A DNA stretch of 64,000 nucleotides from Candidatus Dormiibacterota bacterium (lineage in GTDB: Bacteria > Chloroflexota > Limnocylindria > Limnocylindrales > CSP1-4), in contig DASQIK010000016.1 of NCBI GenBank assembly GCA_035631615.1, positions 64,577 to 128,576 on the forward strand. The letters run 5' to 3'. A program made the translations under genes and the position numbers. This document shows, in pieces, positions 12,266-19,643 of the stretch. The notes below the pieces were generated by a model, which was not told the origin of the DNA, ran no database searches, and was given only the letters and a program-made list of their open reading frames with translations. Positions within the stretch are counted from its first letter, which is position 1, and each line of letters starts with the position of its first letter.

Positions 12266-13368
12266 GCCGTCGGGCGGCGTACGTCCGCATCGGGTACGTC
12301 GTCGCCCTGGCTGCCGCGCTGCTGATCGCGGCGCTGTTCCTCTTCGCGGCCTGGTCCAGCGGGGCGCTCGGCTTCGACTACAAGGCGTACGACCTCGCGG
12401 TCGACCACCTGTTTGCGGGCCAGACCATGTACTACCCGAACGTCCAGGAGACCGGCTCGTTCGGCCTGTTCTTCTACCCGCCGCCGTTCGCGCTGTTCGT
12501 GATCCCGTTCGCGGTCCTGCCGGTGGACGTGGGCGTGGTCGCGTGGACCGGGTTCCTCGTCTTCGTTTCCGTGCTGGCCGTGGCGGCGATGCCCGTCGCG
12601 GCGCGGGTTCGCTGGGCCGTGCTCCTGCTCGCGGCGCTGTCCTGGCCGCTGGTCTACGCGATCAAGCTCGGGCAGGTCGGCCCGATCATCCTGCTGACCT
12701 TCGCGCTCGGCTGGCGGTGGCTCGATCGGCCGTGGCGGCTCGGGCTGTCCGTGGCGGTCGGGACGGTGGTGAAGATCCAGCCGGCGCTGCTGATCGGCTG
12801 GGCGATGGTCACCGGGCGGCGGCGTGCCGCGATCGTGGCCGTGATCGCCGTCGCGGTCATCGCGGCGGTGGCGACGGTCGTCGCGGGGCCGGCGTCGTGG
12901 TTCCAGGAGGCCGACCTGCTCGGCCGCGTCTCCAAGCCGATCCTCACGCCGCATGCCTTCGGGATCGGGCGGCTGCTGTACGAGGCGGGCGTCCCCGAGG
13001 GCGTGGCGCTCGCCGTGCACGTAGCGAATCTCGCCCTCGTGGCGCTCGTGGCGGCATTCGCAGTCTGGCGCGCCTCGGCGGCGGGGTCGTACCTCGCGGT
13101 CGTGGTCGCCTCGCAGTTCCTCTCGCCCGTGCTTTGGGACCACTACGCCCTGATCCTGCTGCTGCCCGTCGCGTGGCTCCTCGCGCGCGGCCGCTGGTGG
13201 GCGGCCGTCATCCCCCTCGCCACCGCGACGCCACTCCTCCTCCTGCCCATCCCCGGCACGGGCTGGATCTACCCGGTCGTCTTCTGGGCGGCGCTGCTCG
13301 CGGTCACATGGGAAGGCGTTCGTGACTCCGCCGGATCCGGATCCACCCGGCCCAACGGATTTCGATGA
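12262..13368 (+). CDS. GT87/DUF2029-family polytopic membrane glycosyltransferase
   Basis: GTG 12262 forms a GTGA overlap with the GT2 stop. 'FDYKAYDLAVDHLFAGQTMYYPN...GLFFYPPPFALFVIPFA' is the GT87 signature. The 3' end runs into a 24-bp repeat array. Confidence 0.7.
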   Translation: MSRRAAYVRIGYVVALAAALLIAALFLFAAWSSGALGFDYKAYDLAVDHLFAGQTMYYPNVQETGSFGLFFYPPPFALFVIPFAVLPVDVGVVAWTGFLVFVSVLAVAAMPVAARVRWAVLLLAALSWPLVYAIKLGQVGPIILLTFALGWRWLDRPWRLGLSVAVGTVVKIQPALLIGWAMVTGRRRAAIVAVIAVAVIAAVATVVAGPASWFQEADLLGRVSKPILTPHAFGIGRLLYEAGVPEGVALAVHVANLALVALVAAFAVWRASAAGSYLAVVVASQFLSPVLWDHYALILLLPVAWLLARGRWWAAVIPLATATPLLLLPIPGTGWIYPVVFWAALLAVTWEGVRDSAGSGSTRPNGFR

Positions 13369-13523
13369 ACCGGGCCCACCGGGGACGCCGGATCCCGATC
13401 AACCCGGCCCGCCCGATCCTGATGAACCGGGCCCGCCGGCGCCGATCCACCGGGGCCGCCGGCGCCGATCGCCGCCCGCCGGATCCCGATCCACCCGGCC
13501 CGCCGGCGCGGATCGTGGCCCCA
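13331..13523. repeat. Degenerate 24-bp tandem array (about 8 units, consensus near CCGGATCCCGATCCACCCGGCCCG)
   Basis: Read directly: units at 13331, 13355, 13388, 13412, 13436, 13479 and others. The units at 13331 and 13479 are nearly identical. The array overlaps the last 38 nt of the GT87 CDS. Confidence 0.8.
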
Positions 13524-13524
13524 T

Positions 13525-13705
13525 GGTCACCAGCTGACCTTTTCCGGCGATTCCCGGGGCGTTTCCCGTCCAGGGATGCCCGCCGAAGCCGACCTCACGC
13601 ACGAATCGCCGGGATCGGCTCGGTCCCAAGCTGGTCAATCCTCTGTCGATGGGCCGAATCGCCCGAAATCGGCGCTGAATCCCCCAGAAAGGTCACCCGG
13701 TGACC
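13525..13705. repeat. Composite inverted-repeat element, copy 1 (about 40-bp arms, each with a GGTCAC-N3-GTGACC palindrome, an A/T run and CCGGxGATTCCCGG)
   Basis: Left arm GGTCACCAGCTGACCTTTTCCGGCGATTCCCGGGGC (13525..). Right arm GAATCCCCCAGAAAGGTCACCCGGTGACC (..13705). A homologous element is at 23033..23234. Confidence 0.8.
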
Positions 13706-13761
13706 ATCGCCGGGCTGTTTCGACCATCGCCGGGCTGTTTCGACCATGCCGGGCAGCTTCG
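13702..13761. repeat. 20-bp tandem repeat, three units (GACCATCGCCGGGCTGTTTC x2 plus a degenerate third)
   Basis: Perfect units at 13702..13721 and 13722..13741. A 19-nt variant lies at 13742..13760. The array starts inside the right arm of the inverted-repeat element. Confidence 0.85.
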
Positions 13762-13989
13762 ACCGCCGGCCCCCCTCTGCCCATCGGTGGTCACGACAGA
13801 CGTCGGTCGAATGTTCCGTGGGCGATCGTTTCCAGGCGTTTCCAGGGCATCAGCGGTCCGCGACGGTCGCGTTGAAGCGGTTCCATGCTCAAGACGCCCG
13901 GATTCGTGGCCGCCGGCGGTGCCGAAATGCATCGATATTGAGATATTGCACAGGCAAGCAATCCCGGGATCTGGTGGTATCGTGATCGG

Positions 13990-15405
13990 GTGACCCCCTC
14001 GATCACCGCAGACCCCGAATGTGCGCGTCCGGCTCGCGCTGACGCGCGCGCCGGCGAATCCGAACCCCAGCGCAACTCCTCACCGGGCGCACCGGGCGCA
14101 CCGGGCGCACCGGGCGCAACGGGCGCAACGGGCGCATCGGGCGCAACGGGCGCAACGGGCGCAGCTGGGGCAGCGGGCGCAGCGAGCGCCGCGAGCCGCC
14201 GAGCCGCTGCCACTCCCGTTCGCGCCGAGCGGCGCGCCTTCTCCGACATCGACCCCGCGACCTGGAACCAGCTTGCGTTCCTGAACCCGTATGCCACCCC
14301 GTTCTCGGCGTGGGCATTCCATCGAGCGTGGTGGGACGCATACGGCGAGAACGCGCACGACCAGACCGTGGTGATCGTCGATCCATCGGCGGCGGACCCG
14401 ACGAGACCCGTTGCGATCGTGCCGCTCATGGATCGCCATGTCCTCGAGCCGAACGACGCCGCGACCCACACGATGCTTCGCCACGCCGAAACGCTCCCCC
14501 TCACGCCGGTCGCCCCCACCGCGTGCGCGGTCTACTTCGGTGCCAGCTACCACGCGGACTACGCCACGCTCCTCGCCCATCCCGCCGACATGCCCCGCGC
14601 CGCCGCGGCGCTCGTCGATGCGCTGGCCCGCGACGCCGTCGCGCCGACGCCCAATCCCGACGACACGGCCCACCTCGACCCCTGGGGCGCGGTCGACCTT
14701 CGTCGCCTCCGCCAGGCCGACCCCGCGACCGACGCCCTCGCCACGGCGTTCGGCACGCGCGAGATCGGCGAGGGCTGGACGCTCAACGTCGAGCGCGAGG
14801 ACGTCTGCCCGGTCATCCGCATCCCCGAGGGCGCCGACTTCGACGGCCTGCTCGCGACCCTCGGCAAGAAGGAGCGCCACGAGATCCGGCGCAAGGTCCG
14901 GCGCGCCGAGGCGGCGGGCGCCGTCGAGCTCGTCGAATCGACCGACCCGGTTGCCGACCTCGACGGCTTCATCGACCTCCACCAGGCGCGCTGGGGGGAT
15001 CGCGGCCTGTTTCCGCCGACGCCCGGCGGCGACCAGAGCCGGCATTTCATGCGGCGCCTGTTCGAGCTGTTCGGCGAGGCCACGACCTCGAGCGCCGCTC
15101 CGGACGCGAGCCACCCGACGGTCCACCTGAGCTTCCTGATCGTCGCAGGCAAACGGATCGCGGCGGAGATCCATTTCGAGACCGTCGGCTCGGTCATGTA
15201 CTACAACGCCGGCGTCGACCCGGAAGCGCGCGAGCTGTCGCCGGGCGTCGTCCTGCTGGAGCGCCTCGTGCGACGCGCGATCGACCGCGGCAAGTGCCGC
15301 GTCGATCTGCTCCGGGGCGACGAGCCGTACAAGTACGAGTGGGGCGGCGTCGACGAGCCGGTGCAGCGGATCCTCGTTCGCCGCGGCGCGAGGGCGGCCG
15401 CGTGA
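13990..15405 (+). CDS. GNAT-fold acetyltransferase, CelD/BcsL-like (FemAB-related), with N-terminal Gly-Ala-X repeat extension
   Basis: 'FSDIDPATWNQLAFLNPYATPFSAWAFHRAWWDAYG' and the C-terminal 'MYYNAGVDPEARELSPGVVLLERLVRRAIDRGKCRVDLLRGDEPYKYEWG' resemble the CelD-like acetyltransferase family. The only in-frame ATG/GTG/TTG upstream of the conserved N-terminus is GTG 13990. The 9-bp repeat array is therefore translated. Confidence 0.65.
   Translation: MTPSITADPECARPARADARAGESEPQRNSSPGAPGAPGAPGATGATGASGATGATGAAGAAGAASAASRRAAATPVRAERRAFSDIDPATWNQLAFLNPYATPFSAWAFHRAWWDAYGENAHDQTVVIVDPSAADPTRPVAIVPLMDRHVLEPNDAATHTMLRHAETLPLTPVAPTACAVYFGASYHADYATLLAHPADMPRAAAALVDALARDAVAPTPNPDDTAHLDPWGAVDLRRLRQADPATDALATAFGTREIGEGWTLNVEREDVCPVIRIPEGADFDGLLATLGKKERHEIRRKVRRAEAAGAVELVESTDPVADLDGFIDLHQARWGDRGLFPPTPGGDQSRHFMRRLFELFGEATTSSAAPDASHPTVHLSFLIVAGKRIAAEIHFETVGSVMYYNAGVDPEARELSPGVVLLERLVRRAIDRGKCRVDLLRGDEPYKYEWGGVDEPVQRILVRRGARAAA
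14081..14188 (+). repeat. 9-bp tandem repeat, 12 units (CACCGGGCG / CAACGGGCG variants), in frame in the GNAT gene
   Basis: Read directly: 4x CACCGGGCG, then CAACGGGCG, CAACGGGCG, CATCGGGCG, CAACGGGCG, CAACGGGCG, then 3 degenerate units. Encodes 'GAPGAPGAPGATGATGASGATGATGAAGAAGAAS'. Confidence 0.9.
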
Positions 15406-16622
15406 CCACCACCTTCCGCATGCCCCCGATGACGCTGTCCGCCGACCCGTGCTTCGAGCCGGTCGTGCGGCTGCCGCTACCGGCGTCCCGAGACCGGATC
15501 CGCGTGGTCGAGCTGCTGGCAACCGGCACGAATGGCGGCGCCCAGGAGCACGTCTTCAACATCGTGTCGCGCCTCGATCGAAGCCGGTACGACGTTTCCG
15601 TCCTGTCACTCGGCAACGGCGCGGCGATCCGCCGCCTCGAGCGCGCCCACATCGACGTCTGCGTCCTCGACGAGATGGACGATGCCGAGGCGATCCAGGC
15701 CGTCGCGGCGCACCTCGGTGCGGTCAAGGCCGACGTCGTCCACAACCACATGTATCGCGCCGAGGTCGTCGGCACGCAGGCCGCGTGGGTGCTCGCGGCC
15801 GCCGGCAAGCGCCGGCCGTACATCGTCGGTACCGTCCACTCGAGCCGGATCCGCTCGGACGAGGACCGCGAGCTGCTCCGCCAGCTGACGCCGAAGATGG
15901 ACCACCTGATCGCCGTGTCGCGCGCCATCGCGCGCAAGCTCGAGGACGAGGGCCGCGTCGGCGCTCCGATCAGCCTGATCTACAACGGCGTCGACCTCAC
16001 CCGCTACTCAGAGCCGGACATCTGCGGCACGCTCCACAGCGAATACCCGATCCCGCCGGATTCGCCGATCGTCGGCGTGGTCGCCCGGCTCGAGACGGAG
16101 AAAGGCCACCCGACCCTGCTCGACGCCTGGCCGGCCGTCGTGGCCGCGGTCCCGAAGGCGCACCTCCTGATCGTGGGCGAGGGCTCGCAGCGCGAGGCCC
16201 TGGAGGCGCAGGTCAGCGCGCTCGGGATCGGGGGATCCGTGACCTTCACCGGCCGCCGCGACGACGTCCCGGCGGTCACCGCGGCCCTCGACGTGGCGGT
16301 CCTGCCCAGCTACCGCGAGGCACAGGGCCTGTCGATCCTTGAGGCGATGGCACTCTCGCGCCCGGTCGTCGCGTCGGCGGTCGGCGGGATCCCGGAGATG
16401 ATCGAGCACGGCCGAACCGGCCTCCTCGTGCCCCCGCGCGAGCCGGCCGCGCTCGCCGCGGCGACCGTGCGCCTGCTGACGGATCACCCGTACGCCGACA
16501 CGCTCGCGAAGGCCGCCCAGAACCTCGTCCACGACCGCTTCTGCGTCGAGCTCATGGTCCGCGCCATCGAGACCATCTACGACGAGTCCGTCTCCGAAGA
16601 ACGGCGTCTCGCCGCGGGCTGA
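15402..16622 (+). CDS. Glycosyltransferase, GT-B fold (GT4)
   Basis: GTG 15402 forms a GTGA overlap with the GNAT stop. 'IVGVVARLETEKGHPTLLDAW' and 'PSYREAQGLSILEAMALSRPVVASAVGGIPEMIEHGRTGLLVPP' are the classic GT4 E-x7-E region. The long N-terminal part of track ORF 14310..16622 is an off-frame artefact. Confidence 0.85.
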   Translation: MTTTFRMPPMTLSADPCFEPVVRLPLPASRDRIRVVELLATGTNGGAQEHVFNIVSRLDRSRYDVSVLSLGNGAAIRRLERAHIDVCVLDEMDDAEAIQAVAAHLGAVKADVVHNHMYRAEVVGTQAAWVLAAAGKRRPYIVGTVHSSRIRSDEDRELLRQLTPKMDHLIAVSRAIARKLEDEGRVGAPISLIYNGVDLTRYSEPDICGTLHSEYPIPPDSPIVGVVARLETEKGHPTLLDAWPAVVAAVPKAHLLIVGEGSQREALEAQVSALGIGGSVTFTGRRDDVPAVTAALDVAVLPSYREAQGLSILEAMALSRPVVASAVGGIPEMIEHGRTGLLVPPREPAALAAATVRLLTDHPYADTLAKAAQNLVHDRFCVELMVRAIETIYDESVSEERRLAAG

Positions 16623-16652
16623 TCGGCCCAGTCCGTCTGCGACAATCCGGCC

Positions 16653-17951
16653 GTGCGACGGCCCGGCCCCTGGCTCGCCCTGGCGATCGTGGTTGGCGTC
16701 GCGGTCCGGATCGCGCTGCTGCCGACGAACGGCTACGCGGACGACCTGACCCAGTTCGTCGAGTGGGTGCGCCACATCGCGCTCACCGGGCTGCCGAACG
16801 CATACGACGCGCCCCTGTCATTCGGACCGGTGATGGCGTTCGTGTGGGGCATCCTCGCGGCGGTCGATCCGGTGTTCCGGACGGCGATCGATGCGTCCGA
16901 CCTCGGCGTTCGAATCCTGTTGAAGCTGCCGGGCACGCTCGCGGACTTCGGGCTCGCGGCGGGGGTCTGGTACGCGCTCCGGGCACGGCCCGGGTGGGCG
17001 GCAGCCGGCGCAGCGCTGATCCTCCTGCATCCGGCGATCTGGTTCGTGAGCGCCTGGTGGGGCCAGTACGAGTCGATCTTCGCGCTCCTCGTCCTGGTCG
17101 CGTACCTGTTCGCGAGCGCGGGCCGCGATGCGCTGGCGGTCGTGGCGCTCACGGCGGCGTTGCTGACCAAGCCGCAGGTGGCGCCGCTGGTCGTGCCGTT
17201 CGCGGCGTGGTTCCTCGCGAGAATCGGCTGGCGAAGCCCTGCGAGCATCGGCCGGCTGGCGGTGCTCGGCGTCGTCGCGCTCGCGACGACCGCGGTCCTC
17301 TGGCTCCCGTTCCTCGCCGCCGCCGGCCCGGCGAAGTACCTCGCGAATCTCGCCACCTACCAGAACGACGTCTACTCGGTGCTATCGCTGAACGCGTGGA
17401 ACCTGTGGTGGCTCGTCCAGGAGCTGTTCGCGGGTGGGTCACTGGTCGGTGACAACCAGGCGTTCATCGGGCCGCTGCCGTTCCGGATCGTCGGGTTCGC
17501 GCTGACCGGGCTGCTGCTCGTCGCCGTGGGCTACGGGGTGTACCGGCGCCCGACGGCGCGGATGCTCGCCCTTGGTCTCGCGGCGGCGGCGCTCGTCGCG
17601 TTCGCGTTCCTGACGACGATGCACGAGCGCTACGCCTACGCGGCGGTGATCTTCCTCGCGCTCCTGATCGACGATCGACGCGCCCGCTGGATCGCGCTCG
17701 CCCTGGGCATCGTGTTCACCCTGAACCTTGCGGCCGCAGCATCGAAGGATTACCTCGGCGGGGTCCTCGACGTGACCGGGCCGGTCGGGATCGCGGGCGC
17801 GGTCGCAATGGTCGTCATCGCCCTCGCGCTGGTGTTCGAGGTGCTCCGCGCTTCGGGAGCGAGCGCTTCGGGAGCGAGCGCCGCCACTACCGGCGAAGGA
17901 ATGCCACGCGATACCAGTGCAGGTAGTGCGGGAGCCACTTCCGGAGCTTGA
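16653..17951 (+). CDS. GT-C fold polytopic membrane glycosyltransferase (PMT_2 / Gpi18-like mannosyltransferase-like)
   Basis: 432 aa with about 11 TM helices. N-terminal loop 'NGYADDLTQFVEWVRHIALTGLPNAYDAPLSFGPVMAFVW' resembles the acidic first-loop motif of GT-C enzymes. Low-complexity C-terminal tail. Confidence 0.6.
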   Translation: MRRPGPWLALAIVVGVAVRIALLPTNGYADDLTQFVEWVRHIALTGLPNAYDAPLSFGPVMAFVWGILAAVDPVFRTAIDASDLGVRILLKLPGTLADFGLAAGVWYALRARPGWAAAGAALILLHPAIWFVSAWWGQYESIFALLVLVAYLFASAGRDALAVVALTAALLTKPQVAPLVVPFAAWFLARIGWRSPASIGRLAVLGVVALATTAVLWLPFLAAAGPAKYLANLATYQNDVYSVLSLNAWNLWWLVQELFAGGSLVGDNQAFIGPLPFRIVGFALTGLLLVAVGYGVYRRPTARMLALGLAAAALVAFAFLTTMHERYAYAAVIFLALLIDDRRARWIALALGIVFTLNLAAAASKDYLGGVLDVTGPVGIAGAVAMVVIALALVFEVLRASGASASGASAATTGEGMPRDTSAGSAGATSGA

Positions 17952-18621
17952 AGTTGCTCTGGCCGGCGGTCCGGTCGCGCCACGTCGTCGGGAGCTCGGC
18001 GACCCTCCGATGCGCGAGCGTCGCCTTGACCGTGAGCTCGAGCGCCAGCTCGAAGCCGGCCGTGCTTTCGATCGAGACCGACTCGAGGAAGCGGCGGCTG
18101 TAGAGCTTGAAGTTGTTCGTCGGGTCGTGGGTGGGGACACGCGCGAACCAGTGGAGCGAGAGCCCCGCCGCGCGGCTCATGAGTCGCTTCAGGGGTGGAC
18201 CGCCGATCTGGCGGCCGCCCTTCATGTAGCGCGACGCCGAGACGACGTCGACGCCGCCCTTCGCAAGCGCGACCATCCGATCGACCGCACGCGGGTCGTC
18301 CGACCCGTCCGCCATCGAGATCAGCACGTACGGCGCGGTCGTTCCGGCGATGCCCGCCTTCATCGCGTTGAGGACGCCGCGACCGAGGTCGTTGCGCAGT
18401 CCGCGGAGGCCCGGGATCTCCGGCGCAAGCCGAGCGACGACCGGGACCGTCGTGTCGCCGTCGAAGTCGTAGACGACGACCAGCTCGTGCGGCGTGGTGA
18501 CCGCACCCGAGAGCGCCCGCAGGACCGGCTCGACCGCCTCGCCCTCGTTGTAGACCGGCAGGATGATTGCGAGCTCGGGCGCGCCCGGCACCGCGGGGGC
18601 GCCGGCCACCTGGTCGCTCAC
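17887..18621 (-). CDS. GT2 glycosyltransferase, polyprenyl-phosphate sugar synthase-like
   Basis: GTG 18621 forms a GTGA overlap with the epimerase stop. 'LAIILPVYNEGEAVEPVL', 'VVVYDFDGDTT' and 'ISMADGSDDP' are GT2 motifs. The 3' end overlaps the convergent gene by 65 nt. Confidence 0.8.
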   Translation of the reverse strand: MSDQVAGAPAVPGAPELAIILPVYNEGEAVEPVLRALSGAVTTPHELVVVYDFDGDTTVPVVARLAPEIPGLRGLRNDLGRGVLNAMKAGIAGTTAPYVLISMADGSDDPRAVDRMVALAKGGVDVVSASRYMKGGRQIGGPPLKRLMSRAAGLSLHWFARVPTHDPTNNFKLYSRRFLESVSIESTAGFELALELTVKATLAHRRVAELPTTWRDRTAGQSNFKLRKWLPHYLHWYRVAFLRR

Positions 18622-19643
18622 AGGCCCCCCGCGGCGAGCTCCGCGCGGATCCAGGGGATGACCTCGTCGAGCATCGTGTCGAGAGTCGTCGTCGCCTCGA
18701 AGCCGAGGACCTCGCGCGCCTTGCGGACGTCCGGGACGCGGCGCTGCACGTCGTGCTCGAACGGCGGATCGGTGACGTAGCGGAACGGCGGCCCGTCGGG
18801 CCCGTGGACCTTGCGCCAGATCAGCTCGGCGAGCTCGAGCACCGTTGTCGATGCGGCGGTCGACAGGTTGAAGTCGTCGTCGATCGCGTTCGGCGACTCC
18901 ATCGCGAGCCGGATCCCGTGCGCCAGGTCGCCGCCGTAGGTGTAGTGGCGGACCTGGTTGCCCTCGCCGAGGATGTGCAGCGGGTCCTGGCCCTGGAGCG
19001 CCTTGAGCGCGAGGTCCGGCACGACGTGGGACAGGGCGAGCTTGACATTGCCGCTCATGACGTCGGTGTCGCGCAGCGCCCGGCGCTCGCCGATGCCCAC
19101 GCAGTTGAAAGGCCGGACGATCGTGTACGGCAGGTGGAATTGTTCCGCGGCGCCCTTTGCGAAGTACTCGGCGGCGAGCTTCTGGAAGCCGTACGTCGAG
19201 ACGGGCGGCGGCGAGGTCAGCTGGGCGCCCTCCGGGGTCGGGAAGACGGTCGCCGACTCGTACACCATGGACGAGCTCATCACGACGATGCGCTCGAGCG
19301 TGCCACGACGGTGGGCCGCGATCGCAGCGTCGAATGTCGCGGCGAGGATGCGCTCGTTCTCGGCCAGCAGGTCGTAGGCGAACTCGTGGAAGTAGCTGAT
19401 CCCGCCGATCATCGCCGCGCTGGCCACGACCTGGTCGCACTCTCGTGCCAGCTCGGTGAGCAGCGCGACGTCCTTGGCGTCGCCCTCGACGAAGCGATAC
19501 CGCGGGTGCGCGTCGTACGACTTGGCGACGCGCCCGTACTTGCTGAAGTTGTCGATGCCGACGACCTCGTGCCCCGCCTCGAGCAGCTCCGGCACGAGGT
19601 AGCCGCAGATGAACCCGGCGGCGCCGGTGACCAGGATTCGCAT
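18618..19643 (-). CDS. NAD-dependent nucleotide-sugar epimerase/dehydratase (SDR)
   Basis: 'MRILVTGAAGFICGYLVPELLEAGHEVVGIDNFSKYG' Rossmann motif and 'YGFQKLAAE' YxxxK. Start at ATG 19643 inside ORF 18618..19916. Confidence 0.85.
   Translation of the reverse strand: MRILVTGAAGFICGYLVPELLEAGHEVVGIDNFSKYGRVAKSYDAHPRYRFVEGDAKDVALLTELARECDQVVASAAMIGGISYFHEFAYDLLAENERILAATFDAAIAAHRRGTLERIVVMSSSMVYESATVFPTPEGAQLTSPPPVSTYGFQKLAAEYFAKGAAEQFHLPYTIVRPFNCVGIGERRALRDTDVMSGNVKLALSHVVPDLALKALQGQDPLHILGEGNQVRHYTYGGDLAHGIRLAMESPNAIDDDFNLSTAASTTVLELAELIWRKVHGPDGPPFRYVTDPPFEHDVQRRVPDVRKAREVLGFEATTTLDTMLDEVIPWIRAELAAGGL

Noticed and set aside
13322-13537. ORF encoding 'PDPDPPGPTDFDEPGPPGTPDPDQPGPPDPDEPGPP'.
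   Set aside because: The periodic peptide is a by-product of the 24-bp DNA repeat. There is no start context and it runs into the inverted-repeat element.
13700-13993. 97-codon ORF starting at the GTG in the right arm of repeat element copy 1 and ending in a GTGA overlap with the GNAT start.
   Set aside because: About 36 of 98 codons end in A/T, far below the genuine genes here. The N-terminus is simply the translated 20-bp tandem repeat. It is kept only as a note under the element finding.
13331-14188. Possible CRISPR array, given several direct repeats close together.
   Set aside because: The units are contiguous tandem repeats of 24, 20 and 9 bp with no unique spacers. No cas genes are nearby.
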